Shown: piece after piece, positions 13,301 through 23,999 of the stretch
Layout: each line of letters begins with the position of its first letter
Numbering within the stretch: the first letter of the stretch is position 1
NCBI GenBank assembly: GCA_043228905.1
Contig: JBHGNT010000020.1
Location: 1,302,001 to 1,366,000, forward strand
DNA from: Azolla caroliniana
Lineage: Eukaryota > Plantae > Polypodiophyta
Direction: 5' to 3'
DNA: 64,000 bases
Program-made: the position numbers and the translations under genes
Notes under the pieces: model-generated
Databases searched by the model: none
What the model was told of the DNA's origin: nothing
What the model saw: only the letters and a program-made list of their open reading frames with translations

Positions 13301-15261
13301 GAGGTGTACTCACCTCCGTTGTCGGATCGGAGTGTCTTCACTTTGTATCCCGACCGGTTCTCCACTTCAGATATCCATCGAGTGAAGACCTTGACTGCTT
13401 CATCTTTGGACTTGATGGAGTATGCCCAAACTTTCCGTGTACAGTCATCTACGAATGTGATGAAGTATCGGGAGCCTCCTAGTGATCGCTCTGGCATGGG
13501 CCCACATATGTTTGTGTGCACGAGCTCTAGGGGTTGTCGTATTGTCTCGTAGTGGAGAGAGTGCGTACTTCAGGTTTGTTTCCCATATCGACAATGCTCG
13601 CAGAAGTCCTTCTTTGCCTGGAGTTTCGGGATGTAGCCGACCGACATCAACCGATCAAGTCCGGCTTCAGACATGTGGCCAAGTCATCCATGCCATAAGT
13701 TTGGGTCGGTTTTCTCGGCTACGTTCACATCCCCTTCAGGGTTGATCGCCATCAATGGGTATAAATTATTATACTTGTGCCCACTACCGATTTTGAGATT
13801 TCCTCGGCTGATCACCCATGTCAACTCATGTAGAGTCATTCGATACTCGCCTTCGGCTAACATGCCGATGGAGACCAGACTCCTCTTTAGATCGGGTACG
13901 TGCCGAATTCGGTGCAAGGTTATTGTGTTGCCATTTGGCAATTTGATGGGAACCTCCCCGGTTCCGGCTATCTTGGACTCCTATTGTTTCCCAGTCGGAC
14001 TGTGTTGTTGGCGTAAGCTGAATAGTTCGAGAACCATTCAATGTTGGGGATCACGTGAAATGTGGCGCCAGAGTCTAGTAGCCATGTGTGTGCAACTTGT
14101 GCACTGTAGAGGACTTCTCCGATCATTGGGTCCTCTAATGAGAGGATTTCTCCGGATCGGGTGTCGGCAATGTTGATCTGGTTGTCGACTGGAGAGTGTT
14201 CCGAGTCGGAATGTCCCCGATTCTGCTCGGATCACCTCTACTGACTCATCGATGGTTAGTCCCATCAAATTTCACTTGATGTCCTCTGTGAGGACTTGGC
14301 CGATTGTTTCGTCCAAGTTTAGGATCGGTCGGCTATTGGTGTATGTCATGCAGAATACCTCCCAACTCGCCGGCAAGCTCGATAGGAGGGCAAGGGCTTT
14401 CATTTCTTCTTCGAAGTTGATCCCTTGTGACGAGAGCTCAGACAACACTCGGGTGACGAGAGCTTAGACAACACTCGGCTAAAGGTATTGATGTGGGAGG
14501 TTGCCGGATCAATCTCTCTCATCGTCATGTTGAACAGTTGTTTGATCAAAATCAATTTCGAAGATGAGGACTTCTTTTCATAAACGGCATGTAGATTCTC
14601 CCACAATGAGAACATTGTCATCTCTTCGCCATGCTGAAATAGACGTTTTTGGCCCGATGCATTCGGATGGTGGAGCATGTTATTTTGTCCACTGATCTCC
14701 ACTCTTCTGTTGTCATCAAAGCAGGCTTTTCATTGTGCCAAATGGCTTCAACCTGTCTTCGGATGATCAACACATCCTACATCATCTCCTTCCATAGGGA
14801 AAAAGTTTTGCCCTCGAACTTTCTGATTTCAACTCCTATTCCGGATGTTGAGGCCATATTCCTTTTATGAAAGTAAGATTTCTAACCTGGCCTTTTCCTC
14901 TCAGCTTCTTCTGTTGTCTGTTGCTGCCGAACAGCAAAGATTCGCTCTGATACTAGTTGTCGTATCAGGTGCGATTTGCTGAAACATGTATGGATCTGTT
15001 GTCAGTCCTGAACAACAAACAATGTAGACAGAAAATAGAATAGGCGTGGACTTACACAATGCAAGCTCTAATGGAAAGCTTTATTGCTTCGTTCTCACTC
15101 TCTCTCTGAGATATGAGATACAATGCACAGACCCTTCGTTTCTTTGTCACTTGTCACTCTATACAATGTTAGGTATTCACTTATTTACTAAGCCCTAACT
15201 TATTGACGAGTTCACACTCGGACGGATACAACTTGGAAGGAGTCAGCCTTTTATGCCAACA
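10315..15261 (-). mobile_element. Full-length but degenerate Ty1/copia element C (LTRs 14958-15261 and 10315-10611)
   Basis: TSD CATAG on both sides. Mutated tRNA-iMet PBS at 14944-14955 and PPT next to 10612. Broken gag, PR, IN (HTNICGPM), RT (KARLVAKGF) and RH (YTDSDYA, KKHIEVRYH) ORFs. Confidence 0.93.
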
Positions 15262-16272
15262 CATAGAAGAAAATTTGTCAAACGGGTTCATTCGACATTC
15301 AAAATCTTTAGAAAGGATAGGTATGTCATGGTTTGAATAAGGTTTGAATAAGGTCGCCATCAAGAATAGGTATGCACTTCCCCTGATCTCGAGTCTTTTA
15401 GAAAGGATTAATGGCGCAAAGTTTTCACAAAAATTGACTTACAAGGAGGAGTATATAACCTCGTACGGATTCGACCGGGAGACGAATGGAAGACAACTTT
15501 CACCCGATATGGGCACTTCGAGTATACGGTTATGTCATTCGGCCTCACCAATGTGCCAACAATCTTCCAACACATGGCAAATGATATATTTCGAGATATT
15601 TTGGACATCTGTTTGATCATCTACTTGGATGATCTACTAGTTTAATCAAAGACACAGGAAGACCATGATTCTCATGTACTATTAGTACTAAGACGACTAC
15701 AAGAACATGATCTTTATGCAAAGCTGGAAAAGTGTAATTTTGACTGTAACTAGGTGGAATTTCTAAGCTATTTCATCTCCTCAGAAGGCATATCTATGGA
15801 TCCAACTAAAGTCCAAACTGTGTTAGAGTGACAAACTCCACGTTCGTTGCGAGATGTGCGATGCTTTTTGGGATTTGTAAATGTCTATCGCAAGTTTATA
15901 CAGGAGTACGCAAAGTTTATTTTACCGCTCACACAACTTACAACGAAGGGACAATCGTTTGTTTAGTCTAAGGAAGTGGACACGGCTTTTGAAGGTCTCA
16001 AGAAAGCATTTACATCGGCTCCAGTTCTAGCTCATGTTGATCTGCAGAAACCATTTGTCACAACAAGGTGACGATGAGAAGCTACATCCTGTGGCTTTCA
16101 ACTCGCACAAATTTGACGCTGCTGAAATCAACTACGAGATACATGACAAGGAGCTATTAGCAATAGTGGACTCTTTTGCACAATGGAGGCATTTTTTAGA
16201 AGGATCTCCTCATCAAGTCACTGTATTTAGTGATCACAAGAATCTTGCCTACTTCGAGAATGCTAGCGTGTT

Positions 16273-16762
16273 AGGTTATTTGCATTCCTATTCATGGCAT
16301 ATTTGAGTTTATCTTCATCCATTTAGTTGAATTTACTAGAATACTTAGGGAAACCCCTACATATGATAATGACATATATTTCAATGGTGCAATTAGTGAG
16401 ATTTGAACCCGAATACACATACATACAAACATACATCGATTATGATTATGTTGGGTTCAACTAGAGGTCTTGTATATCTTCATGAGCTTGTGATACCTCC
16501 CATCATCCATAGAGACATAAAAAAAATTCCACGAATACACATTTTGGGGTAAATATGCTCACCAACTATTCGAGATAGACCCCTAACCAATGGCTCATCA
16601 CATATCAAACAAATACAATAACAAACAACAGACAGTACAAGAAAATACAAACATAACTAGATCCATACAAACACATTAAATTTTATTCTAAACAAAAATT
16701 TTAAAAAACAAAGTTTGGTCACATCATTGTGCAACATGCAAATAGCATCATTATGTGGCTCT
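16273..16762 (+). repeat. Direct repeat of about 490 bp, copy 1 (copy 2 at 21647-22136)
   Basis: Near-identical AT-rich sequence from AGGTTATTTGCAT to ATTATGTGGCTCT, with only a few differences seen. Confidence 0.92.
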
Positions 16763-18186
16763 GTTTAACATATTGTATTCGCATTGGTCGACTGTGTGAG
16801 CCTTCGAGTGGCAGATTGGGTAGTGGATTCACATATTGCAGTCCACTACGGAATGCCCCGAGTTCAAGCAAATCGTGCACTGGATTGCTTGACGAAACTG
16901 GCGTTCCTCATCCTGAGGTAACGCTTGTCGTAAGGAGGACATAGAAAACCTTTCCTCCTCGTCATCCAACTCGATTTGTAACGCTCGTTCAATTACCATA
17001 TCCTTCGTTTCCCCTTTCACGCTATTGTTGTTGAGCGTTGCCCGGATGGGCCAGCGTAAAGCTGCCAGAAATGTTTCCCGAGGCTCGTCCTCTGCGGGGC
17101 TCCGTTCCAGTTTCCGTCGTAAATTTTGGAAACGTAAGCTGAAGTCCGCTATCGTCTCGTCGGCAGTTGCTTAATCGTATAAAACTGTCCGAGGATTTCG
17201 CGTTGTGGAACCCTCCGATGGAAGAATCGCAAGAAAGCGGACTGGAGCTAATCGAAGGTTGTTATTGCTGGTAAATCCATCTGTGAATGCCAAAACGTCG
17301 CTCACTCATCTAATGTTAACCCGAACTCCGTCATTTTCGACTATTGTGCTACCCGCCTTCGAAAGGCTCTGCGCCATGTGGTTCGCATTCCAGACATTCA
17401 GGAACATGTGAATATGCGTTGCAGCGTCGGTGTCACCGTTGAAGCAGGGGTAGCAAAGGCCATGGTGGGGGCTACAGCGAGTCGGAAAAGACCACCGGGT
17501 GGTTGTGGTGAGCGTAGTCCCCGCGTCTCGTCGAGGTATTTGGAGAGTGAATCATCACCTTTGTACTCACGGCAAGTAGTACTGAGGTTGCTGAGGCGCG
17601 GCTTTTGCCGTGCGCGTTCTTCTGCTTGGCGTGTGACGGACCTTGTTATTGGTCGGTCTTGTCGTGTTGGTTCTCTGGGGCGTCTGCGACTAAACATCCA
17701 TTCGTCGTTGTTCGTCTGTGAGAAGACACAGATCACCAAGCGTGCCAAAAGTCTTGCCAAAAGGAACACGGTCTGTGGTCAGTCCTTCGACCTAGACCTC
17801 CAAGTGGGTGTGGAACAACGAATAGGCGTCTAAGTGTAATGGGTAGGGGAATGTTCCATGTAACCTATCAGCGAATAAGGGAGACATCTACAACCGAATC
17901 CTTAGCAAAGGTTACACTTACGTTCTTACACGCTTAGGTCTTCAAGACACACATAGTGGATTAGCCGTAGCTATACACAGAGAATCAGAGAAGATAGAAT
18001 TCTATTATGAGACGTTTCTTACATTCCCAAAATTACACGCTCTCTCTATCAGAGGTTTTCTGCCCTTTATATACGCAGGGTCTATTTAGCCGTTCACGCT
18101 TCTTGCGTGAACCGTTACATGCGTTATGATCTTATATTATTTCTTATTCCTACGCTCTTGTCCGTCGGTTACTATTCCGGAGGACA
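16763..18186 (-). mobile_element. Truncated Ty3 element: 5' LTR (about 17751-18186), tRNA-Arg-like PBS, degenerate gag with two zinc knuckles
   Basis: PBS TGGCACGCTTGGTG on the minus strand (about 17734-17747). Gag with HIHMFLNVWNANH (homologous to element X gag), CTICLNSGHSVVDC and a second ICHSKAHTVDQC knuckle. LTR limits approximate. Confidence 0.75.
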
Positions 18187-18990
18187 ACAATGGCTGAGAT
18201 CGTCATGAAGGCTTCGTTCACAGAGGGTTGCATTTTCCTGCTCTTTCGGTACGGCCCGATGGTGAGGACCAGGGGCTCGTGCGTGAGCAGCTTCACTTTT
18301 TGCAGTTGTCGGGGGACTCGAAAGATGTTGTGGCCAATTAGCATAGTGTAATTTATGCTCCCATTGTAGCTCTCCTTGCCACATAGATAGTATCGATCGA
18401 TCTGAGGCATTGTGGTTCAATCGATCTCTGGGGTGAACTTGTGGAGGAGAATGGTATACAGACATCTCTATTGCCATGTTGTTGTTCCTCAGTATGAACA
18501 CAAGCGGTGGCAGCAGAAATAGTAGTTTGAATGCCATAGCCATCAATTCCTTCGTTAGGCTTGGCCTCTCCAGATCTCCGATTAGCTGTGTTCCATGAAG
18601 GTCCATCTGAGGAGAAGCCAACGGCATCATCGATGATACATTGTATCATTCCCTTTGGTGTGCTTATGAATTAATCTGCATGACGAACAAACAACTTCCT
18701 GCAAAGAAGGCAAAGAAAGGAGATTGCGCCATAACCACACTCATGGCTACTCCCTCTAGAAGATTCACACACAAGGGAGTAGGTCTAGATCCACCCGCAC
18801 CTCCTCTAACGAGCTTTGCACGGGATCACCTGAGCATGCAAAATGCAACCTCCCTTTCTTGGAGTAGGAATGTTGAGATGAAGCTTTTTCTATCAATTGA
18901 AAATCATCAAACAGAGAAGAATTCTGAAATAGAGAACTAACCACGTCTTTCTTCCTTTTTTCTTGTTCTCTTCTCGCTCACTCTCTTTCA

Positions 18991-19630
18991 TGCAGCCTAA
19001 GGAGCAGATAAGTCGACTGAGGGGGTCGAGGAGCGTGGGCCAAGAGACAAGTTGGCAGGAGGAGCCAAGGTGAATAACCGACAGAGCAGGAGGAGCCTCA
19101 AGTTAAGCTTGAGGGGGAGGGGAGTTGAGAAGCAAGCTCAACATAGGTTGGATCGGCTAAATAAGCCGAGAGCTGGATTGGATGAGGACCGATCAGCTAG
19201 GTCCAAATTAGTTGAAGAAGTTGGGAGCCGGCAAGCCATTAGAGATCTACACTCCTATTTTAGTAAGTAGGAATAGCTTTAGGAGTTAGTGTTAGATGTT
19301 TTTATGTGAGCATTAAAGTACTGACAGTACTTGTGTCAGGGTTTGTATAAAAGTGCTCAATGAGCACAATGTATGTACACAGAGCATATTATTTTTTGAA
19401 TTGAGTTTTTAGTCTTCTACTCTCTCTTTCTCTTTCTCATACTGTGTAACTTGATACTCTCTCTGTTTTCTCTGTTGCTGTCTAGTTGAGCCGATTGTGT
19501 TCTATTTTTTAGCTTCCGCCCGTAATCTATATAGTTGTCCTTTCTCTAGTACTGTTGGTTGCATTCAGGGAACCATCGCGCTATTTCCTCCGTTCTCCTT
19601 GGTTCCGGTTGGAATACTCTACCATATGAC
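18991..19630 (+). mobile_element. Possible solo LTR
   Basis: TG start, TGACA end, TATAAAA at about 19347 followed by CT-rich tracts. No clean TSD. Confidence 0.35.
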
Positions 19631-20019
19631 AATGCTTTTCTAGCATTCAGGTCTCATCGGTAATACTGTTGTGGGTCGCAACGGTCGTTCCACCGATTGT
19701 GGTTGCCACGTCGAGGGTCATAATTCCAACGTTGATTGTTGTAACCATGCTAGTCAAAATATCTTCCTTCCATTCTTCTACTTTGATCGTAGTCTAGAGA
19801 GTAATCCTGATCGTATCTATCTCGTGGGTTTTCTTCTACCCTTCATTTGTCCTCGTATCAGAATCTTCCATCCAATCCATACCAATCTTCTTGCCAGAAA
19901 CGGGTGTCCGGACGGAATCAATCTTCTTCCGGCCATCGTTCATCGCAGGGCTCAATTTGTCGTACTGGTGATGATGGTCTATTCAACAGGTTATATTCGC
20001 ACCAATCTATCGTGTGTGT

Positions 20020-20891
20020 CTTTGAATGGCATACATCACAATGCGTCCTCATTGTGCATTCAAGTCATGGAAAAGGTGAACATGATGGAGATGAGATGGA
20101 ATTTTTTCGGGTCCGGCAATGGAAAAGGTGAACATGATGGAGCAGGTGCAGTTATAAAGCGGGCACGTATCCATGAACAACTAAAGGCCGTTGATGTGCA
20201 TATGAATTGTGTGCCTTATGTAGTCGATTTTTTAAGAACTAATATGTCAACGAGTGCAATTGGTGTTTACTCCTCATAGGTTTGAGATATCAAATGCGTT
20301 CTCTGGGAAGTGAGGATAGATGAAGTAAATTGGGAGAAGACATGGGAGTGCCAAGGAATTCCCGAATTGCGTTCTCTCCACTCTATTCGGGGTTATTCTA
20401 TGACAGATGGTCATTGTATTGGAGTTAGAGAGTTAACATGTTTTTGCTACCATTGTGTGCAGGCAAATTGGAGGCAATGTTTAAACAAAGCTTATATTCA
20501 GAATTGGGAGTACCATACGTTGATCGAAAAGAAAGCAACTAAAGGAGAGATAAAAAACAAAGCAGGAGTTCACATATCAGGGATGTGTGCAAATTTCTAC
20601 TTATTGAAGCACACGGTTTGTAAACAATGTGCAACACAGAATATTGTAGATGATTGGGGAAACTTTGTATCTATTGGGACATTCTACATTGAAGGTATTT
20701 TTTATGCCCAACTAGATGCATACAATTATGTGTACATACTTTTCAAAGACAAACCAATAGCCTATATGTACTCCCATTTGGTCAGGTGCATCAAAGTACC
20801 GATGTCGCAATACAAGAGTTGCACACATTTATACACAGTTAGTGTTGATGTGTATGAATGTATTTACAACACTATGCCATGGAATTTGTAG
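20020..20891 (+). pseudogene. C-terminal part of a DNA transposase, Sola2-like, degenerate
   Basis: FFGSGNGKGEHDGAGAVIKR motif, then IPELRSLHSI and RELTCFCYHC. ORFs 19671-20279 and 20310-20891 share a frame and are separated by TAG/TGA stops. Family assignment is from motif recall only. Confidence 0.55.
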
Positions 20892-21314
20892 CTCGCGTCA
20901 GATCATACTATGAATCTTACAAAATGGACAAACCAACGCTATTGCAAAATCCATCTTTAATAATATTATCGTTGGAATTGTGTCTATTTATGCAGTATTC
21001 TTACTATTCAATTTGCAATATTCCAATGCACTCATGTAAACAGAATTTAGTTTTATTGTCTATAGTAAACAGCTTTCAGTTTTATTACTCTCAAGTAAAT
21101 CCTGTATAAATTTAAAGAACACACAATACGGTCTACAAATTTGAACATGTGAAAACAACCTCAAAATAAGGGATTGATTTTATCATTGATGTGAATGTCA
21201 CTAAATTACATTGTCATAATACACCATTGGCAAGGTCTACGAATTTCCGATTAAAACTATTAAGCTCTTGGTTGTCAGTGGAACTTCTCTACATATGTGC
21301 TCTGCATACCGAGC

Positions 21315-21659
21315 TCAATATGGAGTCCACAACCATGCGTGAAGTTGGCAGCTAAGAGTTTCCACCAAGTAGTTGTCTGGCATCTCATCGGGCACAATGA
21401 GACAACATCTGCGAAGGTTGAGGTAATGTCGATAATGTTTTGTATCCACAATTAAGGTATTGTCGGCATTATATTCTAGCCACAATGTCCAAAAATCAGA
21501 AAGTTGCTGGAACCTTACAATATCCTTCTGCTCGCAGTTTTCCCTTGTCCATTGACCCTTAAAATGGTGTTTCCACCATGGGAATATTCTCTCCACACAC
21601 TTCCAGACTTGTGCTCGAGACCATGGAGGAGATTGTGAAGAAACTAAGGTTATTTGCAT
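21315..21659 (-). pseudogene. FCP1/NIF-family HAD phosphatase-like fragment
   Basis: WS.A, W.RE.C, YNADNTLIVD and D.YL pattern resembles the C-terminal half of NIF domains. No DxD catalytic motif seen. Confidence 0.4.
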
Positions 21660-22136
21660 CCCTATTCATGGCATATTTGAGTTTATCTTCATCCATTTAG
21701 TTGAATTTACTAGAATACTTAGGGAAACCCCTACATATGATAATGACATATATTTCAATGGTGCAATTAGTGAGATTTGAACCCGAATACACATACATAC
21801 AAACATACATCGATTATGATTATGTTGGGTTCAACTAGAGGTCTTGTATATCTTCATGAGCTTGTGATACCTCCCATCATCCATAGAGACATAAAAAAAA
21901 TTCCACGAATACACATTTTGGGGTAAATATGCTCACCAACTATTCGAGATAGACCCATAACCAATGGCTCATCACATATCAAACAAATACAATAACAAAC
22001 AACAGACAGTACAAGAAAATACAAACATAACTAGATCCATACAAACACATTAAATTTTATTCTAAACAAAAATTTTAAAAAATAAAGTTTGGTCACATCA
22101 TTGTGCAACATGCAAATAGCATCATTATGTGGCTCT
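21647..22136 (+). repeat. Direct repeat of about 490 bp, copy 2
   Basis: Matches 16273-16762. Confidence 0.92.
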
Positions 22137-23999
22137 CCAATCGCATTGTTAACTATGTCGCACAACAGCAATACGGAAGCGACGCAGTTAACATGTTTTG
22201 GCTTTGCTAATACCCTATTCTACAGTAGTGACCAATAGATCATGAAAAATGATTGAACAAACATGATTCTATATTCTTTTTAAATTATTAACCTGCAACC
22301 TATATGCTATTTGTTAGATAACTTTTACTCAATACACCGCACAACACATACATGAATTTAAATAATTTGACTTTACTTATTGAAGCATTGACTTACACCC
22401 AGGATATGTACCTTCCTCTCAAGAAATAGCAATTCAAATTCCTCTTATATTCTCCCCCAACTCTAATGGTATTATTTATATTCCCTCAAAGAGAAAAGGA
22501 GTCAGGTTTGAAACTTGTGCATCATGTTATTTTACAATAAATAATTTCCTGACTTTGAGGTGATTTTACAACATGTGCCATTGAATACAACAATAGGAAC
22601 ATTATCTAGGATTTTATAATTTGGTTATTCACTTCATTCATAACCTACCATATCATGAATCCTATACTTCAAAGCCACTCATAATTGGAGGAGAGTTGGG
22701 TTGGAGAAATAATCTATCTTGAAACCCTTGGATGAGGTAGCTTTGGCCTTCCAGAAGATGATCAAAATTGGCTCCACGTCACAAAGCCTTGAGGATCTTA
22801 ATATGTTCATGAACATTGTTTTTTTGGCCTCATCAATAGAAGCATTGTTCTGGGACAATTCCATAGGAGAATTACCAAAGCTTGAATTAGAAAAGCTACA
22901 AACAATATTAGTTAATGACATGGAGTTTCTCTTCCTATAAGACCTTGAGAGATTCTTTGAGCTTAAACATCACGAATATTTCAACCCCATTTCTACCATG
23001 GTTGATTTTTCACTTTAATTTGTAAACTTAAAGTCAACCTTTGGTTTTCAAACACTCAATTGGAGATTTTGGTTTGGTTGTTTGGCCTCCATCATCAATT
23101 GCATGCAAATGGATGCCAAATTTTCCCTTAGGCTCAAATTTTGGTCACTTAGACCATTTGGGTAAACCGGAAGGCAATCACCTATTCCTTACTTTTATTA
23201 CTCTTAAGTTCTCCTTCGAACAATCTCTTTATTATTGTTTTAAATTCATTTGAATCTTCGTACAAACATTTTACCTTTACTTGGAAGTACTGAAAGTTTG
23301 TAGATGTTTGTGGACTTTCACCTTACTTTGAGGTTTCCCACTAGTAAGTATAGGTATCTTATCATTTATGTATTAAAACATAAAGCCATTTGTCATATTT
23401 GTATTATGTATCTTATGCATCAAAACTAACAATATAGTTGGGCCTGATGTGAATTGGCATGTAGATTACAAGCATTTTCTCAATGGAACTATGGAAGCTA
23501 GTACATATGATTGCTCTTGCTAGGGACCTGAGAGTTTTCTTGTATTCGTCCAAGTGCTCCTTAAATTAATCACAGAATACTCAAGCAAGAAGGCCAGATG
23601 CGTATACAAATTGAAGTAATTCCATTTTTGTCAAATGAGACAATATATTAGGCTTGTTAAAGAAAACATACAGCCATGGTACCACATGATACACAAAGGT
23701 CGTTGAGAACATTGATTGTTACACATCAACTATAGAACACTATATATAGGTAAAAACACCATAACTAGAACACGAGGTAAGAGTGATGCATTTTGTATCA
23801 ACTCCTGGTAAACCCACATTATGAGAAATTGATTACACTCAATTCCAGCCATAGATCTTCATTTTGACTATCCAAGAACCCTTGAAAGGAAGAAGCACAT
23901 ATGTTCTCTCCTCGTTGGTATTGAAATACATGAATTCCATCCGTGTGAATTTCCCTCTTGATAAAATCGAAAATCTATGGCATAGCACATCATGTTCCA

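Larger units (their letters stand above)
6664..16272 (+). mobile_element. Chromovirus-type Ty3 element W, degenerate: rearranged 5' LTR, partial gag, PR, RT, RH; 3' part lost; carries three nested insertions
   Basis: LTR start GTCATGATATGGC as in element V. Gag end (CLHCGGLGH, EKELND*), LLDSGA, YLDD and [11 protein letters not shown], all close to intact element Y. Confidence 0.88.

Noticed and set aside
18187-18960. Overlapping minus-strand ORFs of 86-152 aa
   Set aside because: No recognisable domain or splice structure; left unannotated.
19671-20279. 202-aa ORF as a single gene
   Set aside because: Chimeric: only the part after about 20020 is transposase-like; the 5' part looks like antisense low-complexity TE sequence.
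16273-22136. 490-bp direct repeats as LTRs of a 5.9-kb element
   Set aside because: No TG...CA ends, PBS, PPT or TSD, and the interior is a mosaic of unrelated fragments.
22400-23400. Possible ancient gag remnant on the minus strand (DEAKKTMFMN, CSYC...H)
   Set aside because: Too decayed to support without a profile search.
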